IMG/VR virus record: IMGVR_UViG_3300012954_000007
Source: a virus
Direction: 5' to 3' (one strand)
DNA: 64,000 bases
Of this stretch, positions 10,328-19,270 are shown in pieces. The translations under genes and the position numbers were made by a program. A model generated the notes under the pieces. It had not been told where the DNA came from. It worked only from the letters and a program-made list of their open reading frames with translations, and did no database searches. Position 1 is the stretch's first letter; each line of letters begins with the position of its first letter.

Positions 10328-11206
10328 ATGAGTAGTTTAGACGCAGTTTTAAAACAGTATGAACAAGGACAAGTTCAAAACAATAGTCCAAAAAGTAATA
10401 TTAGTAGAGAAGATAGACTTAAAAAATACTTCGCTACTTATCTACCACAAGGTGAAAAAGAAGGTGAAGCTAATATTAGAATTTTACCTACAAGTGATGG
10501 AAGTTCTCCATTTAAAGAAGTTTTTTTTCACGAAATACAAGTGGATGGTAAATGGGTTAAATTAATGGACCCAGGAAAAAATGGTGACGGTTCATCTACA
10601 GGTGAGAGAAGTCCTTTAAATGAAGTTGAGGAAGCCCTTAAACTAACTGGAAATCAAAAAGATAAAGAAATTGCTAGACAGTATCGTTCTAAGAAATTTT
10701 ATATTGTAAAAGTAATTGACCGTGACGCTGAAGATGACGGTGTAAAATTTTGGAGATTCAAATGGAACTATAAAGGTGACGGAGTAATGGACAAAATTAT
10801 TCCAATCTTTCAAAAAAGAGGGGACGTTACAGACACTAAAGAAGGTAGAGATTTAACCTTAATGTTAAAATCAGTTCCATTACCTAATGGTAAAGGAAAT
10901 TATACTGTAGTTTCTATGGTATTAGCAGAAGACCCATCACCACTATCAAGTGATGAGGGTAAAGCAAAGGAGTGGTTAGGTAACTCAGAAACTTACAAAG
11001 ACGTTTATTCACAAAAACCTGTAGAATATTTAGAAGCTGTTTCTAGAGGAGAAACACCAGTTTGGGATACAGACCTTAAAAAATATGTTTACGGTGATAC
11101 TGAAGAAACTATAAACATGGGAGGGACTTCTAACTCTACTACAACAAATACATCACCAGTAGACCCACAAGCGGGTCAAGAAAGTGATTCAGATTTACCA
11201 TTCTAA
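10328..11206 (+). CDS. ssb: Single-stranded DNA-binding protein (T4 gp32-like)
   Basis: IRILP....PF.E...H, YIVKVIDR, GRDL.L pattern. Acidic C-terminus DSDLPF. Upstream of the recombinase. Confidence 0.8.
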   Translation: MSSLDAVLKQYEQGQVQNNSPKSNISREDRLKKYFATYLPQGEKEGEANIRILPTSDGSSPFKEVFFHEIQVDGKWVKLMDPGKNGDGSSTGERSPLNEVEEALKLTGNQKDKEIARQYRSKKFYIVKVIDRDAEDDGVKFWRFKWNYKGDGVMDKIIPIFQKRGDVTDTKEGRDLTLMLKSVPLPNGKGNYTVVSMVLAEDPSPLSSDEGKAKEWLGNSETYKDVYSQKPVEYLEAVSRGETPVWDTDLKKYVYGDTEETINMGGTSNSTTTNTSPVDPQAGQESDSDLPF

Positions 11207-11218
11207 TAAAATAAAAAA

Positions 11219-12214
11219 ATGGCAATAAAGAAAAAAAGTTTTAAAGATATTAAAAGTAAGTTCTCTAAAAAAGCTTCCTTCAAACCAGACAGATTTTTTG
11301 ATTTGGGGGAAGCGTTTCTAGACGCTACAGGATTACCAGGACCAGCTATGGGACATATTAATATGCTTTTAGGACATAGTGATACTGGTAAAACTACCGC
11401 TTTAGTTAAAACAGCTGTAGACGCACAGAAAAAAGGAATTTTACCAGTGTTTATTATTACAGAACAAAAATGGGATTTTGACCATGCTAAACTTATGGGT
11501 TTAGAATGTGAAAAAGATAAAGATGGTGACTGGGACGGATTTTTCTTATTTAACAACGGATTTGAGTATATAGAACAAATTACAGACTATATTAATGAAT
11601 TGTTAGACGCACAAGAAAAAGGTGAACTAGAATACGATTTAGTACTTTTATGGGATTCAGTAGGTTCTGTTCCATGTAAAATGACTTTTGATGGTAAAGG
11701 AGGTAAACAACATAACGCTAGTGTCTTATCAGATAAAATAGGTATGGGAATTAACCAAAGAATCACGGGTTCTAGAAATACTAATTCTAAATATTTAAAC
11801 ACACTAGTTACTGTGAACCAACCTTGGGTTGAGTTACCAGACAATCCTTTTTCACAACCAAAAATTAAAGCTAAAGGAGGAGAATCGTTATGGTTAAATT
11901 CTACCATTGTATTCTTATTTGGTAATCAGAAGAATGCTGGTACTTCTAAAATAACAGCAACAAAAGATAAAAGAAAAGTAAAATTTGCAACTCGTACCAA
12001 AATCTCAATTATGAAAAACCATGTTAATGGTCTGGGATATGAGGACGGCAAAATATTAGTAACACCTCATGGTTTCCTTAAAGGAAAGGACGCTGGAGAA
12101 GAAAAAAAATCAATAGAAGGTTATAAGTCTGAAAATTCTGAATATTGGAAAGATATTATAGGTTCTGATGGTGATTATAACTTAGCAGTCGAAGAGACTG
12201 GTGAAATATTTTAA
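11219..12214 (+). CDS. uvsX: RecA/UvsX-like recombinase
   Basis: Walker A GHSDTGKTT, Walker B LLWDSVGS, VNQ and KAKGGES motifs, KNHV near the C-terminus. Confidence 0.88.
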   Translation: MAIKKKSFKDIKSKFSKKASFKPDRFFDLGEAFLDATGLPGPAMGHINMLLGHSDTGKTTALVKTAVDAQKKGILPVFIITEQKWDFDHAKLMGLECEKDKDGDWDGFFLFNNGFEYIEQITDYINELLDAQEKGELEYDLVLLWDSVGSVPCKMTFDGKGGKQHNASVLSDKIGMGINQRITGSRNTNSKYLNTLVTVNQPWVELPDNPFSQPKIKAKGGESLWLNSTIVFLFGNQKNAGTSKITATKDKRKVKFATRTKISIMKNHVNGLGYEDGKILVTPHGFLKGKDAGEEKKSIEGYKSENSEYWKDIIGSDGDYNLAVEETGEIF

Positions 12215-12225
12215 ATTAAAAAAAA

Positions 12226-12660
12226 ATGGCAAAAGTAGAAAAAGGTAGTAAAGTTAAAGTACATTATACAGGTACTAAAAATGATGGTAGTAAATTTGAT
12301 AGTTCTCACGATAGAGGGCAAGTCTTAGAATTCGAAGTGGGTTCTGGTCAAATGATAAAAGGATTTGATGAAGGTGTTGTTGGTATGGAAGTAGGTGAAA
12401 CTAAAGACCTACACTTAAAACCAGAAGACGCATATGGTTTAAGAAAAGAAGAAGCTCAAACCGAGGTACCTAAAGAGGCACTTCCACCAGATTTTAACCC
12501 AGAAGTTGGTGAAACTGTACAAGGTCAAACAATAGACGGAAGACCAATTTTAGCAAAAGTTAAAGAATTACAAGAAAATAAAGTAATTTTAGACTTGAAC
12601 CACCCATTAGCGGGTGAAGAACTTAATTTTAAAGTTGAGTTAGTAGAGATAGAAAAGTAG
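12226..12660 (+). CDS. slyD: FKBP-type peptidyl-prolyl isomerase (SlyD/SlpA-like, no His/Cys-rich tail)
   Basis: VKVHYTG...FDSS...GSGQMIKGFDEGVVGM..GE....L.PEDAYG, insert-in-flap region, and LDLNHPLAGEELNFKVELV. Confidence 0.92.
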   Translation: MAKVEKGSKVKVHYTGTKNDGSKFDSSHDRGQVLEFEVGSGQMIKGFDEGVVGMEVGETKDLHLKPEDAYGLRKEEAQTEVPKEALPPDFNPEVGETVQGQTIDGRPILAKVKELQENKVILDLNHPLAGEELNFKVELVEIEK

Positions 12661-12684
12661 TGTTTAATTTTATAATAAAACAAA

Positions 12685-13701
12685 ATGTTAAAGACATTAA
12701 TTGTCGATGGTAATAGTATATTACAAACAGGGTTTCACGGAGTAAAAGATTTTTACCATAATGATAAACATTTTGGAGCTATTTTTTATTTTCTTAATAC
12801 CCTTAAGAGAAATTTAGAAAAAGAATCCTACGATAGAGTAGTAGTTTTTTGGGATGGTAAAAAAAATTATAAATATCGTAGGGATTTATATTCCCCCTAC
12901 AAAGTAAATCGAAAGAAAAGGTTAGATAAAGAAAAAATTGATGACATGTTTCGTCAAAAAAATAGGATATCTCAGTATCTAGAAGAATTTTTTATTAGAC
13001 AGGGAGGTTACAGTAATTGTGAAGCTGATGACTGTATAGCTTATTATTGTCAGATGTCCCCCGATGAAACAAAAGTTATCTTAACTAATGATAAAGACTT
13101 ATTACAATTAGTTAATGAACAAGTAAAAGTACTATTAACTAGAACTGATACTTTAGTGACTCACACTGACCATATTAAAATGGGTAAACTACCCATACAC
13201 GTCCCACCACAAAATATTCCTCTTTTTAAAATTTTATTAGGTGATAGAAGTGACAATATCAAAGGAATTAAGTATTTTGGTGAAAAGTCTTTAATTAAAC
13301 ATTTTCCAGAAATAGAAAAAAATAAATTATCTATAGAAGAAATAATAAATAAAGCTAGAAGTAAATTAACTGACGGTAGTAAAGACAGGGGTCTTAAAAA
13401 TTTATCAGAAGGTATTTCAGCTGATGGTAGAAAAGGAAAAGAATTCTTTGAAATAAATCAAAAAATAATAGATTTAAGTCATCCTTTTTTAACTAAAAAA
13501 GCTAAAGAAGAAATAACAGAACTAATAAATGAATCTCTAGACCCAGAAGGTAGAGAAAACAAAAATGTAGTACAGATGATGAAAGAAGACGGGTTGTTTA
13601 CTGTACTACCTAAAAAAGATGATAGTTGGACATCGTTCATACAACCACTAACCCAACTAAGAAAAAAAGAAATTAAATATTTTAAACTACAAAAAAATTA
13701 A
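12685..13701 (+). CDS. 5'-3' exonuclease / flap endonuclease (PolA N-domain, T4 RNase H-like)
   Basis: LIVDGNS, VVFWDG, YKVNR, EADD, TNDKDLLQL and the H3TH motif GDRSDNIKGI..FGEK. Confidence 0.92.
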   Translation: MLKTLIVDGNSILQTGFHGVKDFYHNDKHFGAIFYFLNTLKRNLEKESYDRVVVFWDGKKNYKYRRDLYSPYKVNRKKRLDKEKIDDMFRQKNRISQYLEEFFIRQGGYSNCEADDCIAYYCQMSPDETKVILTNDKDLLQLVNEQVKVLLTRTDTLVTHTDHIKMGKLPIHVPPQNIPLFKILLGDRSDNIKGIKYFGEKSLIKHFPEIEKNKLSIEEIINKARSKLTDGSKDRGLKNLSEGISADGRKGKEFFEINQKIIDLSHPFLTKKAKEEITELINESLDPEGRENKNVVQMMKEDGLFTVLPKKDDSWTSFIQPLTQLRKKEIKYFKLQKN

Positions 13702-13703
13702 AA

Positions 13704-14153
13704 ATGGAAGACAAAAAAATAACAAAGTTTGAATTCTTACTAACACTAGAAGACCACATTATCTGTCAAAGATTTTTTAACGTAAGAGGGTATAAACCTA
13801 GAAACATAAAATCTCTAGATTTGTATGAAACAGTAAAATACATGCAAGATGATATAAATGAATCATTAAAAATGAAAGCTACTGATTATTTGACCTCCCT
13901 CTACAACACTTATACACACACTGTCAATCTGTCAGAACAAGACCGTGAACAACCGCCTCGTGAACATTTCAATATATACATAAAATTAAACAATGAGATA
14001 GTCACACACCGAATTTTTCCAGCTTGGATATACCCAGGAAAAATAAGATATACAGTAGATATTCGACCTTTTATTGGTGGATTTTTGAGAGACTTGAGTG
14101 ACGTATTGTCAGCTGAAAAAGTTGAGCGAAAATATCTAGAAACGACACTTTAA
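13704..14153 (+). CDS. Hypothetical protein
   Basis: 149-aa ORF tightly packed between the exonuclease and the helicase. Confidence 0.7.
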   Translation: MEDKKITKFEFLLTLEDHIICQRFFNVRGYKPRNIKSLDLYETVKYMQDDINESLKMKATDYLTSLYNTYTHTVNLSEQDREQPPREHFNIYIKLNNEIVTHRIFPAWIYPGKIRYTVDIRPFIGGFLRDLSDVLSAEKVERKYLETTL

Positions 14154-14189
14154 TAGTATTTATTAATTACCCTAAAAGATTTAAGATAG

Positions 14190-15566
14190 ATGAAAGAAAG
14201 TAAAAGTTTTGGTTACCTAGGTCACACGTTTCAAGTCAAACTTATTAACCAAATAATAACCGACAAAAAATTTGCAAATAACATAATTGAGGTCATCGAC
14301 CCCAAGTATTTTGATAACCAGTATTTTAAACTGATTAGTCAAATGGCAAAGGAGTATTTCGAAAAATATAACACCCCACCTACCTTCGATGTTTTAGACC
14401 AAACTACCAGATTAGAAGTTTCATCTGACATGGCCAGAACTAACATATTTGACATGTTAGTAGAAATAAGAGAATGTAGTGTAGAGGACCATTTATGGAT
14501 ACAAGAAAAAGCTCTTAAATTCTGTAAACAACAAGAATTAAAAAAAGCTATAACTAAAGTTAATAAGATAATTGAAAAGGGTGACTTTGAATCTTACGAT
14601 AAGTGTGAAGAATTTATAAGACAAGCAACACAAATAGGTGAAGTCACTGACGGAGCTATGGACGTTTTCCAAGACCTAGAGGACGCTCTAATAGACGATT
14701 TTAGAGACCCTATACCATTAGGTATAAACGGAATAGATAATGTATTAGATGGTGGATTAGCAAAAGGTGAGATAGGTGTTTTTCTTGCACCTACAGGTGT
14801 TGGTAAAACTACGGTTCTAACAAAAGTAGCTAATACTGCTTATAATATGGGATTCAGTGTTTTACAGATATTTTTTGAAGACAACCCTAAAGTTATACAA
14901 AGAAAACACATAACGTGTTGGTCTGGTATTCCAGCTCAGGAACAATCTTCCAGACGTGAAGAAGTTTTAGAAAAGATAGCACCATATAAAAAAGGTAGGG
15001 GTAATTTAATTATAGAAAAATTACCTTCAGACAGAATAACTATAGCTTCTATAAAAAATAGAATAAGAAAATTAGTAGCAGAAGGTAATAAATTTGATAT
15101 GATTGTTTTAGATTATATTGATTGTGTACTTCCAGATAAACATTTTAATGAAGTTTGGCAAGGAGAAGGTTTAGTTATGAGACAATTTGAAAGTATGTGT
15201 AATGAATTAGATGTTGCGGGGTGGACCGCGGCACAAGGTAATAGGACTTCTATAAGTTCTGAAGTAGTAACTACCGACATGATGGGTGGTTCTATCAAAA
15301 AAGCACAAGTTGGACACGTCATCATTACTTTAGCTAAATCACTACAACAAAAAGAAATGGGATTAGCTACTATAGCAATTACAAAATCAAGGGTAGGACA
15401 AGACGGTATAGTGTTTGAAAATTGTAAATTTGATAACGCTACTTTAGAAATCGACACAGAACAATCCCAAACCCTTTTAGGATTAGAACAAGAAAGAGAA
15501 AGAAGAACTGCTGATAGGGTTAGAGCAGCTTTAGATAGAAGAAATCAACAAATAAACCAACAATAA
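14190..15566 (+). CDS. dnaB: Replicative DNA helicase (DnaB / T4 gp41-like)
   Basis: Walker A APTGVGKT, Walker B IVLDYID, WTAAQGNR and KSR motifs. Confidence 0.92.
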   Translation: MKESKSFGYLGHTFQVKLINQIITDKKFANNIIEVIDPKYFDNQYFKLISQMAKEYFEKYNTPPTFDVLDQTTRLEVSSDMARTNIFDMLVEIRECSVEDHLWIQEKALKFCKQQELKKAITKVNKIIEKGDFESYDKCEEFIRQATQIGEVTDGAMDVFQDLEDALIDDFRDPIPLGINGIDNVLDGGLAKGEIGVFLAPTGVGKTTVLTKVANTAYNMGFSVLQIFFEDNPKVIQRKHITCWSGIPAQEQSSRREEVLEKIAPYKKGRGNLIIEKLPSDRITIASIKNRIRKLVAEGNKFDMIVLDYIDCVLPDKHFNEVWQGEGLVMRQFESMCNELDVAGWTAAQGNRTSISSEVVTTDMMGGSIKKAQVGHVIITLAKSLQQKEMGLATIAITKSRVGQDGIVFENCKFDNATLEIDTEQSQTLLGLEQERERRTADRVRAALDRRNQQINQQ

Positions 15567-15577
15567 AAATATATAAA

Positions 15578-16588
15578 ATGAGTAATAGTAAAAATTTATT
15601 TACAGAGAGAGTGGCATACAAACCTTTTGAATATCCAGAATATTATACAGAAGGGTGGTTAAAACAAGCACAGGCATTTTGGTTACATACTGAAATTTCT
15701 ATGCAGGGAGATGTAAAAGATTGGAAGGAAAATCTTAACGAATCAGAAAAAAACTTAGTGGGTAATATCCTTTTAGGTTTCGCACAAACTGAATGTGCAG
15801 TATCAGATTATTGGACCAATATGGTAACTGACTGGTTCCCTAAACATGAGATTAGACAAATGGCGATGATGTTTGGTAGCCAAGAAACAATACATGCAGT
15901 CGCATACTCATACTTGAATGAGACTTTAGGTCTTGAAGATTTTGAAGCATTTTTACATGAAGAGGCTACTTCAGAAAAATTTGAATTATTGATGAATACT
16001 AAAGCAGATTACATTCACCATGATTTAGAAGATGACCCAGAAGCTAGAAAAGATGTAGCTAGGAGTTTAGCTATATTTAGTGCATTTGCCGAAGGAGTTT
16101 CTTTATATTCATCATTCGCTGTACTCTATAGTTTCCAACTAAGAAACTTACTTAAAGGTATTGGACAACAAATGAAATGGAGTGTGAGAGACGAATCATT
16201 ACATTCAAGAATGGGATGTAGATTATTTAATCACATGTGTGAAGAATATCCTGAATTAAGAGAAGAAAGTAAAAAAGACATTTACGATGCAGCTAAACTA
16301 ATTGTAGAATTAGAAGAGAAATTTATCGATAAAATGTTTGAAATGGGAGATTTAGAAAATTTAAAGTCTAGTGACTTAAAAGAGTTCATCAAACAAAGAA
16401 CAAATGACAAATTAAAAGAGTTGGGTTACGAAGAAATATTTGTCGTTAATCAAGAAAAATCCAGTAAATTAGACTGGTTCTATCACCTTACAGGTGGAGT
16501 AACCCATACTGACTTTTTTGCAATCAGACCTACTGATTACAGTAAAGCTGGTGAGGATGATGATTGGGACGAAGATTCCCTTTTTTAA
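15578..16588 (+). CDS. nrdB: Ribonucleotide reductase class I, beta subunit
   Basis: YKPFEYP, FW..EI, ETIHAVAY (iron ligands plus radical Tyr), AEGVSLYSSF, RDESLH, DFF..RPTDY. Confidence 0.96.
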   Translation: MSNSKNLFTERVAYKPFEYPEYYTEGWLKQAQAFWLHTEISMQGDVKDWKENLNESEKNLVGNILLGFAQTECAVSDYWTNMVTDWFPKHEIRQMAMMFGSQETIHAVAYSYLNETLGLEDFEAFLHEEATSEKFELLMNTKADYIHHDLEDDPEARKDVARSLAIFSAFAEGVSLYSSFAVLYSFQLRNLLKGIGQQMKWSVRDESLHSRMGCRLFNHMCEEYPELREESKKDIYDAAKLIVELEEKFIDKMFEMGDLENLKSSDLKEFIKQRTNDKLKELGYEEIFVVNQEKSSKLDWFYHLTGGVTHTDFFAIRPTDYSKAGEDDDWDEDSLF

Positions 16589-16610
16589 ATAATAAAATTT
16601 AATAGGAAAT

Positions 16611-18383
16611 ATGAAAAATTACGCAGAACATTTGGGCTGGGAGGTAGACGTGGACTTCCCAAGTTGGGCAAACACACACGTTTATATACAAACAATTTCT
16701 AATGGTTATTTACTACCAGGAGAGAAACCAAAAGATGCTTATTGGAGGGTATGTACTACAGTGGCAAAAAGATTAGGCAAACCACAACTGGCTACTAAAT
16801 TCTTTGATTACATTTGGAAAGGTTGGCTTTGTTTAGCAAGTCCAGTATTAAGTAATACTGGAACCGAAAGAGGTTTACCTATTAGTTGCTTTGGTATCGA
16901 TGTCGCAGATTCAATTCAAGATATTGGTCAAAAGAATTTAGAAATGATGTTACTCGCTAAACATGGTGGTGGAGTAGGTATAGGTATAAATCAGATTAGA
17001 CCAGCAGGAGCTTCTATTACGGATAATGGAACTTCCGACGGGGTTGTACCATTTTGTAAAATATACGATTCAACAATACTAGCTACTAATCAAGGAGCTG
17101 TTAGAAGAGGAGCTGCCTCAGTTAATCTTAACATAGAACATAAAGATTTTATGGATTGGCTTGAAATAAGAGAACCTAAAGGAGACGTTAATAGACAATC
17201 ACTTAATTTACATCAATGTGCTGTAGTTGGAGATAAATTCATGAGAAAATTAGAAGCTGGTGATAAAGAGTCACGTCAGAAATGGGCTTCATTAATTAAA
17301 AAACGTAGACAAACAGGAGAACCTTATATAATGTATCGGGGTAATGTAAATAAACAAAATCCAGAATCTTATAAGAAGAATGGTTTAAAAGTTTATATGA
17401 CTAATATATGTTCAGAAATTGTTTTACATACAGATGAAAATCATTCATTCGTTTGTTGTTTAAGTTCACTTAATCTCGCAAGATATGATGAGTGGAAAGA
17501 CACGGATTTAATATATACAGCGACTTGGTTTTTGGATGGTGTCCTTGAAGAATTTATTCAAAAAGCAAAGTATAGAAAAGGATTTGAAAACGCTGTCAGA
17601 AGTGCAGAAAAAGGTAGAGCTTTAGGTTTGGGAGTTTTAGGATGGCACACATTTTTACAACAAAGAGGAATACCATTTGAAGGTCTTCCAGCACAATTTG
17701 AAACACGTAGAATTTTTGGTCAAATTAAAACAGAATCAGAACAAGCTTCTAGAGATTTAGCTACAGAATACGGTGAACCACTATGGTGTGTGGGTAGTGG
17801 ATTTAGAAATACTCACTTAAGAGCTGTCGCACCAACCGTATCAAACTCTAAATTAGCTGGTGGTGTATCCAGTGGAATTGAACCATTACCAGCAAACGTA
17901 TATACTGACCAGAGTGCAAAAGGAACATTTATTAGAAAAAATAAAGAGTTAGAAAAAGTATTTAGAAAAATAGGTATAAATAACAAAGACACTTGGGATA
18001 AGATTCTTGCGGATGGAGGTAGTGTACAAGACATTAAAGAATTAGATAGTTGGGGTTATATGAACGGAAAAATAACTAATCTAGAAGAAAAAGAAAATAC
18101 ACATACAGACTTTATACCAGTTAAAGAAGTTTTCAAAACATTTAAAGAAGTAAATCAATTAGAATTGGTTAGACAAGCTGGTGTAAGACAACAATTTGTT
18201 GACCAAGCTGTATCTTTAAATTTAGCTTTCCCTAAAGAAGCAACACCAAAATGGATAAACCAAGTTCACCTTGAAGCGTGGAGACAAGGTGTGAAGACTC
18301 TTTATTATGTTAGAACAGAAAGTGTTTTGAGAGGAGATATTGCTGCAAAAGCAATGGAAGAGTGTGTTAGTTGTGAAGGTTAG
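16611..18383 (+). CDS. nrdA: Ribonucleotide reductase class I, alpha subunit (short, no obvious ATP cone)
   Basis: ASPVLSN, PISCF, GGGVG, TNICSEI, VCCLSSLNL, RALGLG, APTVS, KTLYY and a C-terminal CVSCEG. Confidence 0.96.
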   Translation: MKNYAEHLGWEVDVDFPSWANTHVYIQTISNGYLLPGEKPKDAYWRVCTTVAKRLGKPQLATKFFDYIWKGWLCLASPVLSNTGTERGLPISCFGIDVADSIQDIGQKNLEMMLLAKHGGGVGIGINQIRPAGASITDNGTSDGVVPFCKIYDSTILATNQGAVRRGAASVNLNIEHKDFMDWLEIREPKGDVNRQSLNLHQCAVVGDKFMRKLEAGDKESRQKWASLIKKRRQTGEPYIMYRGNVNKQNPESYKKNGLKVYMTNICSEIVLHTDENHSFVCCLSSLNLARYDEWKDTDLIYTATWFLDGVLEEFIQKAKYRKGFENAVRSAEKGRALGLGVLGWHTFLQQRGIPFEGLPAQFETRRIFGQIKTESEQASRDLATEYGEPLWCVGSGFRNTHLRAVAPTVSNSKLAGGVSSGIEPLPANVYTDQSAKGTFIRKNKELEKVFRKIGINNKDTWDKILADGGSVQDIKELDSWGYMNGKITNLEEKENTHTDFIPVKEVFKTFKEVNQLELVRQAGVRQQFVDQAVSLNLAFPKEATPKWINQVHLEAWRQGVKTLYYVRTESVLRGDIAAKAMEECVSCEG

Positions 18384-18394
18384 TATTTATTATT

Positions 18395-18586
18395 ATGTGT
18401 TTAAAATTTGAAAAAGAAGATTTTTATTTAGACGATAATAATAAAATGGTATTAACAGAAAAGTACCATATAAAAAAAGGTTCTTGTTGTGGTGGCAAAT
18501 GTAAGCATTGTCCTTATTGGCCACCATATCAAAAATCTAATAAAGAATTAAGGGAAGATGTACACACTGGACCTACACGGTTATAA
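18395..18586 (+). CDS. Small Cys-rich protein (DUF5522-like)
   Basis: DFY......VLTEKYH.KKG.CCG..CKHCPY pattern. Confidence 0.7.
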   Translation: MCLKFEKEDFYLDDNNKMVLTEKYHIKKGSCCGGKCKHCPYWPPYQKSNKELREDVHTGPTRL

Positions 18587-18776
18587 AATTAATGAAACTT
18601 ACGATGTTGTAGATAGTTTTTTATTTGACCACAAATTATACGATACTAAAAAAATAGAAATAATAACTGGAGACAGTAAAGTTATTAAATCGGTAGTTAG
18701 TGAAGTTGCAGAAAATTACGGATTTTCATGTAAACCTCACATATATAATAAAGAAGTTCTAACACTATCAGTTTAG
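18558..18776 (+). CDS. Stand-alone Smr (MutS2 C-terminal-like) domain protein
   Basis: TLDLHG near the N-terminus and IEIITG. 72 aa. Confidence 0.75.
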   Translation: MYTLDLHGYKINETYDVVDSFLFDHKLYDTKKIEIITGDSKVIKSVVSEVAENYGFSCKPHIYNKEVLTLSV

Positions 18777-18791
18777 AATTATAAAACTGAA

Positions 18792-18799
18792 TATTTATA
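18792..18799 (+). promoter_or_regulatory. TATTTATA motif, putative late promoter of the baseplate operon
   Basis: 10 nt upstream of the gp25-like ATG at 18810. Confidence 0.55.
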
Positions 18800-18809
18800 A
18801 ATAAAACTC

Positions 18810-19268
18810 ATGGCAGAAAGACAAACGTTTGGTATTGATTTTCCCTTTCAAGATAGTGTATATGGTGACTATTTAAAAATGACGGAAACCCCTGAAGATG
18901 AAATCAAAGCTAATCTTATACATTTGTTATTAACCAGAAAAGGTAGTAGATATTTTTTACCCGATTTTGGAACCTCTCTTTATGAGTATATTTTTGAACC
19001 CTTAGATTCTCCTACTTTTGCATCCATAGAAGCAGAAATTAGGGAACAAGTAATTAAATACATACCTAACCTTAAGATTACCAATATAGAAGTAACACCC
19101 GCTTTAGAAGCTGAAGAACTTCCAGGAACTGTGGTAGCAGATAATGACCCTAGAGTTTATAGGGTAGCAGGTCAAGGAACTAAAGAACATACAGCTAAAG
19201 TAAGAATTGACTTTACAATAACAAGTGATGCTTTTGAAACCCGAGACTTCGTACTAATTAATATTTAA
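18810..19268 (+). CDS. Baseplate wedge protein gp25-like (sheath initiator)
   Basis: GIDFPF, IKANLIHLLLTRKGSRYFLPDFGTSLYEYIFEP and YIPNLKITNIEV match the GPW/gp25 pattern. Confidence 0.9.
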   Translation: MAERQTFGIDFPFQDSVYGDYLKMTETPEDEIKANLIHLLLTRKGSRYFLPDFGTSLYEYIFEPLDSPTFASIEAEIREQVIKYIPNLKITNIEVTPALEAEELPGTVVADNDPRVYRVAGQGTKEHTAKVRIDFTITSDAFETRDFVLINI

Positions 19269-19270
19269 TA

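Noticed and set aside
11219-18383. Inteins or group I introns in uvsX, dnaB or nrdAB
   Set aside because: Lengths are normal or short and the motifs are contiguous. No intein or homing-endonuclease signatures were seen.
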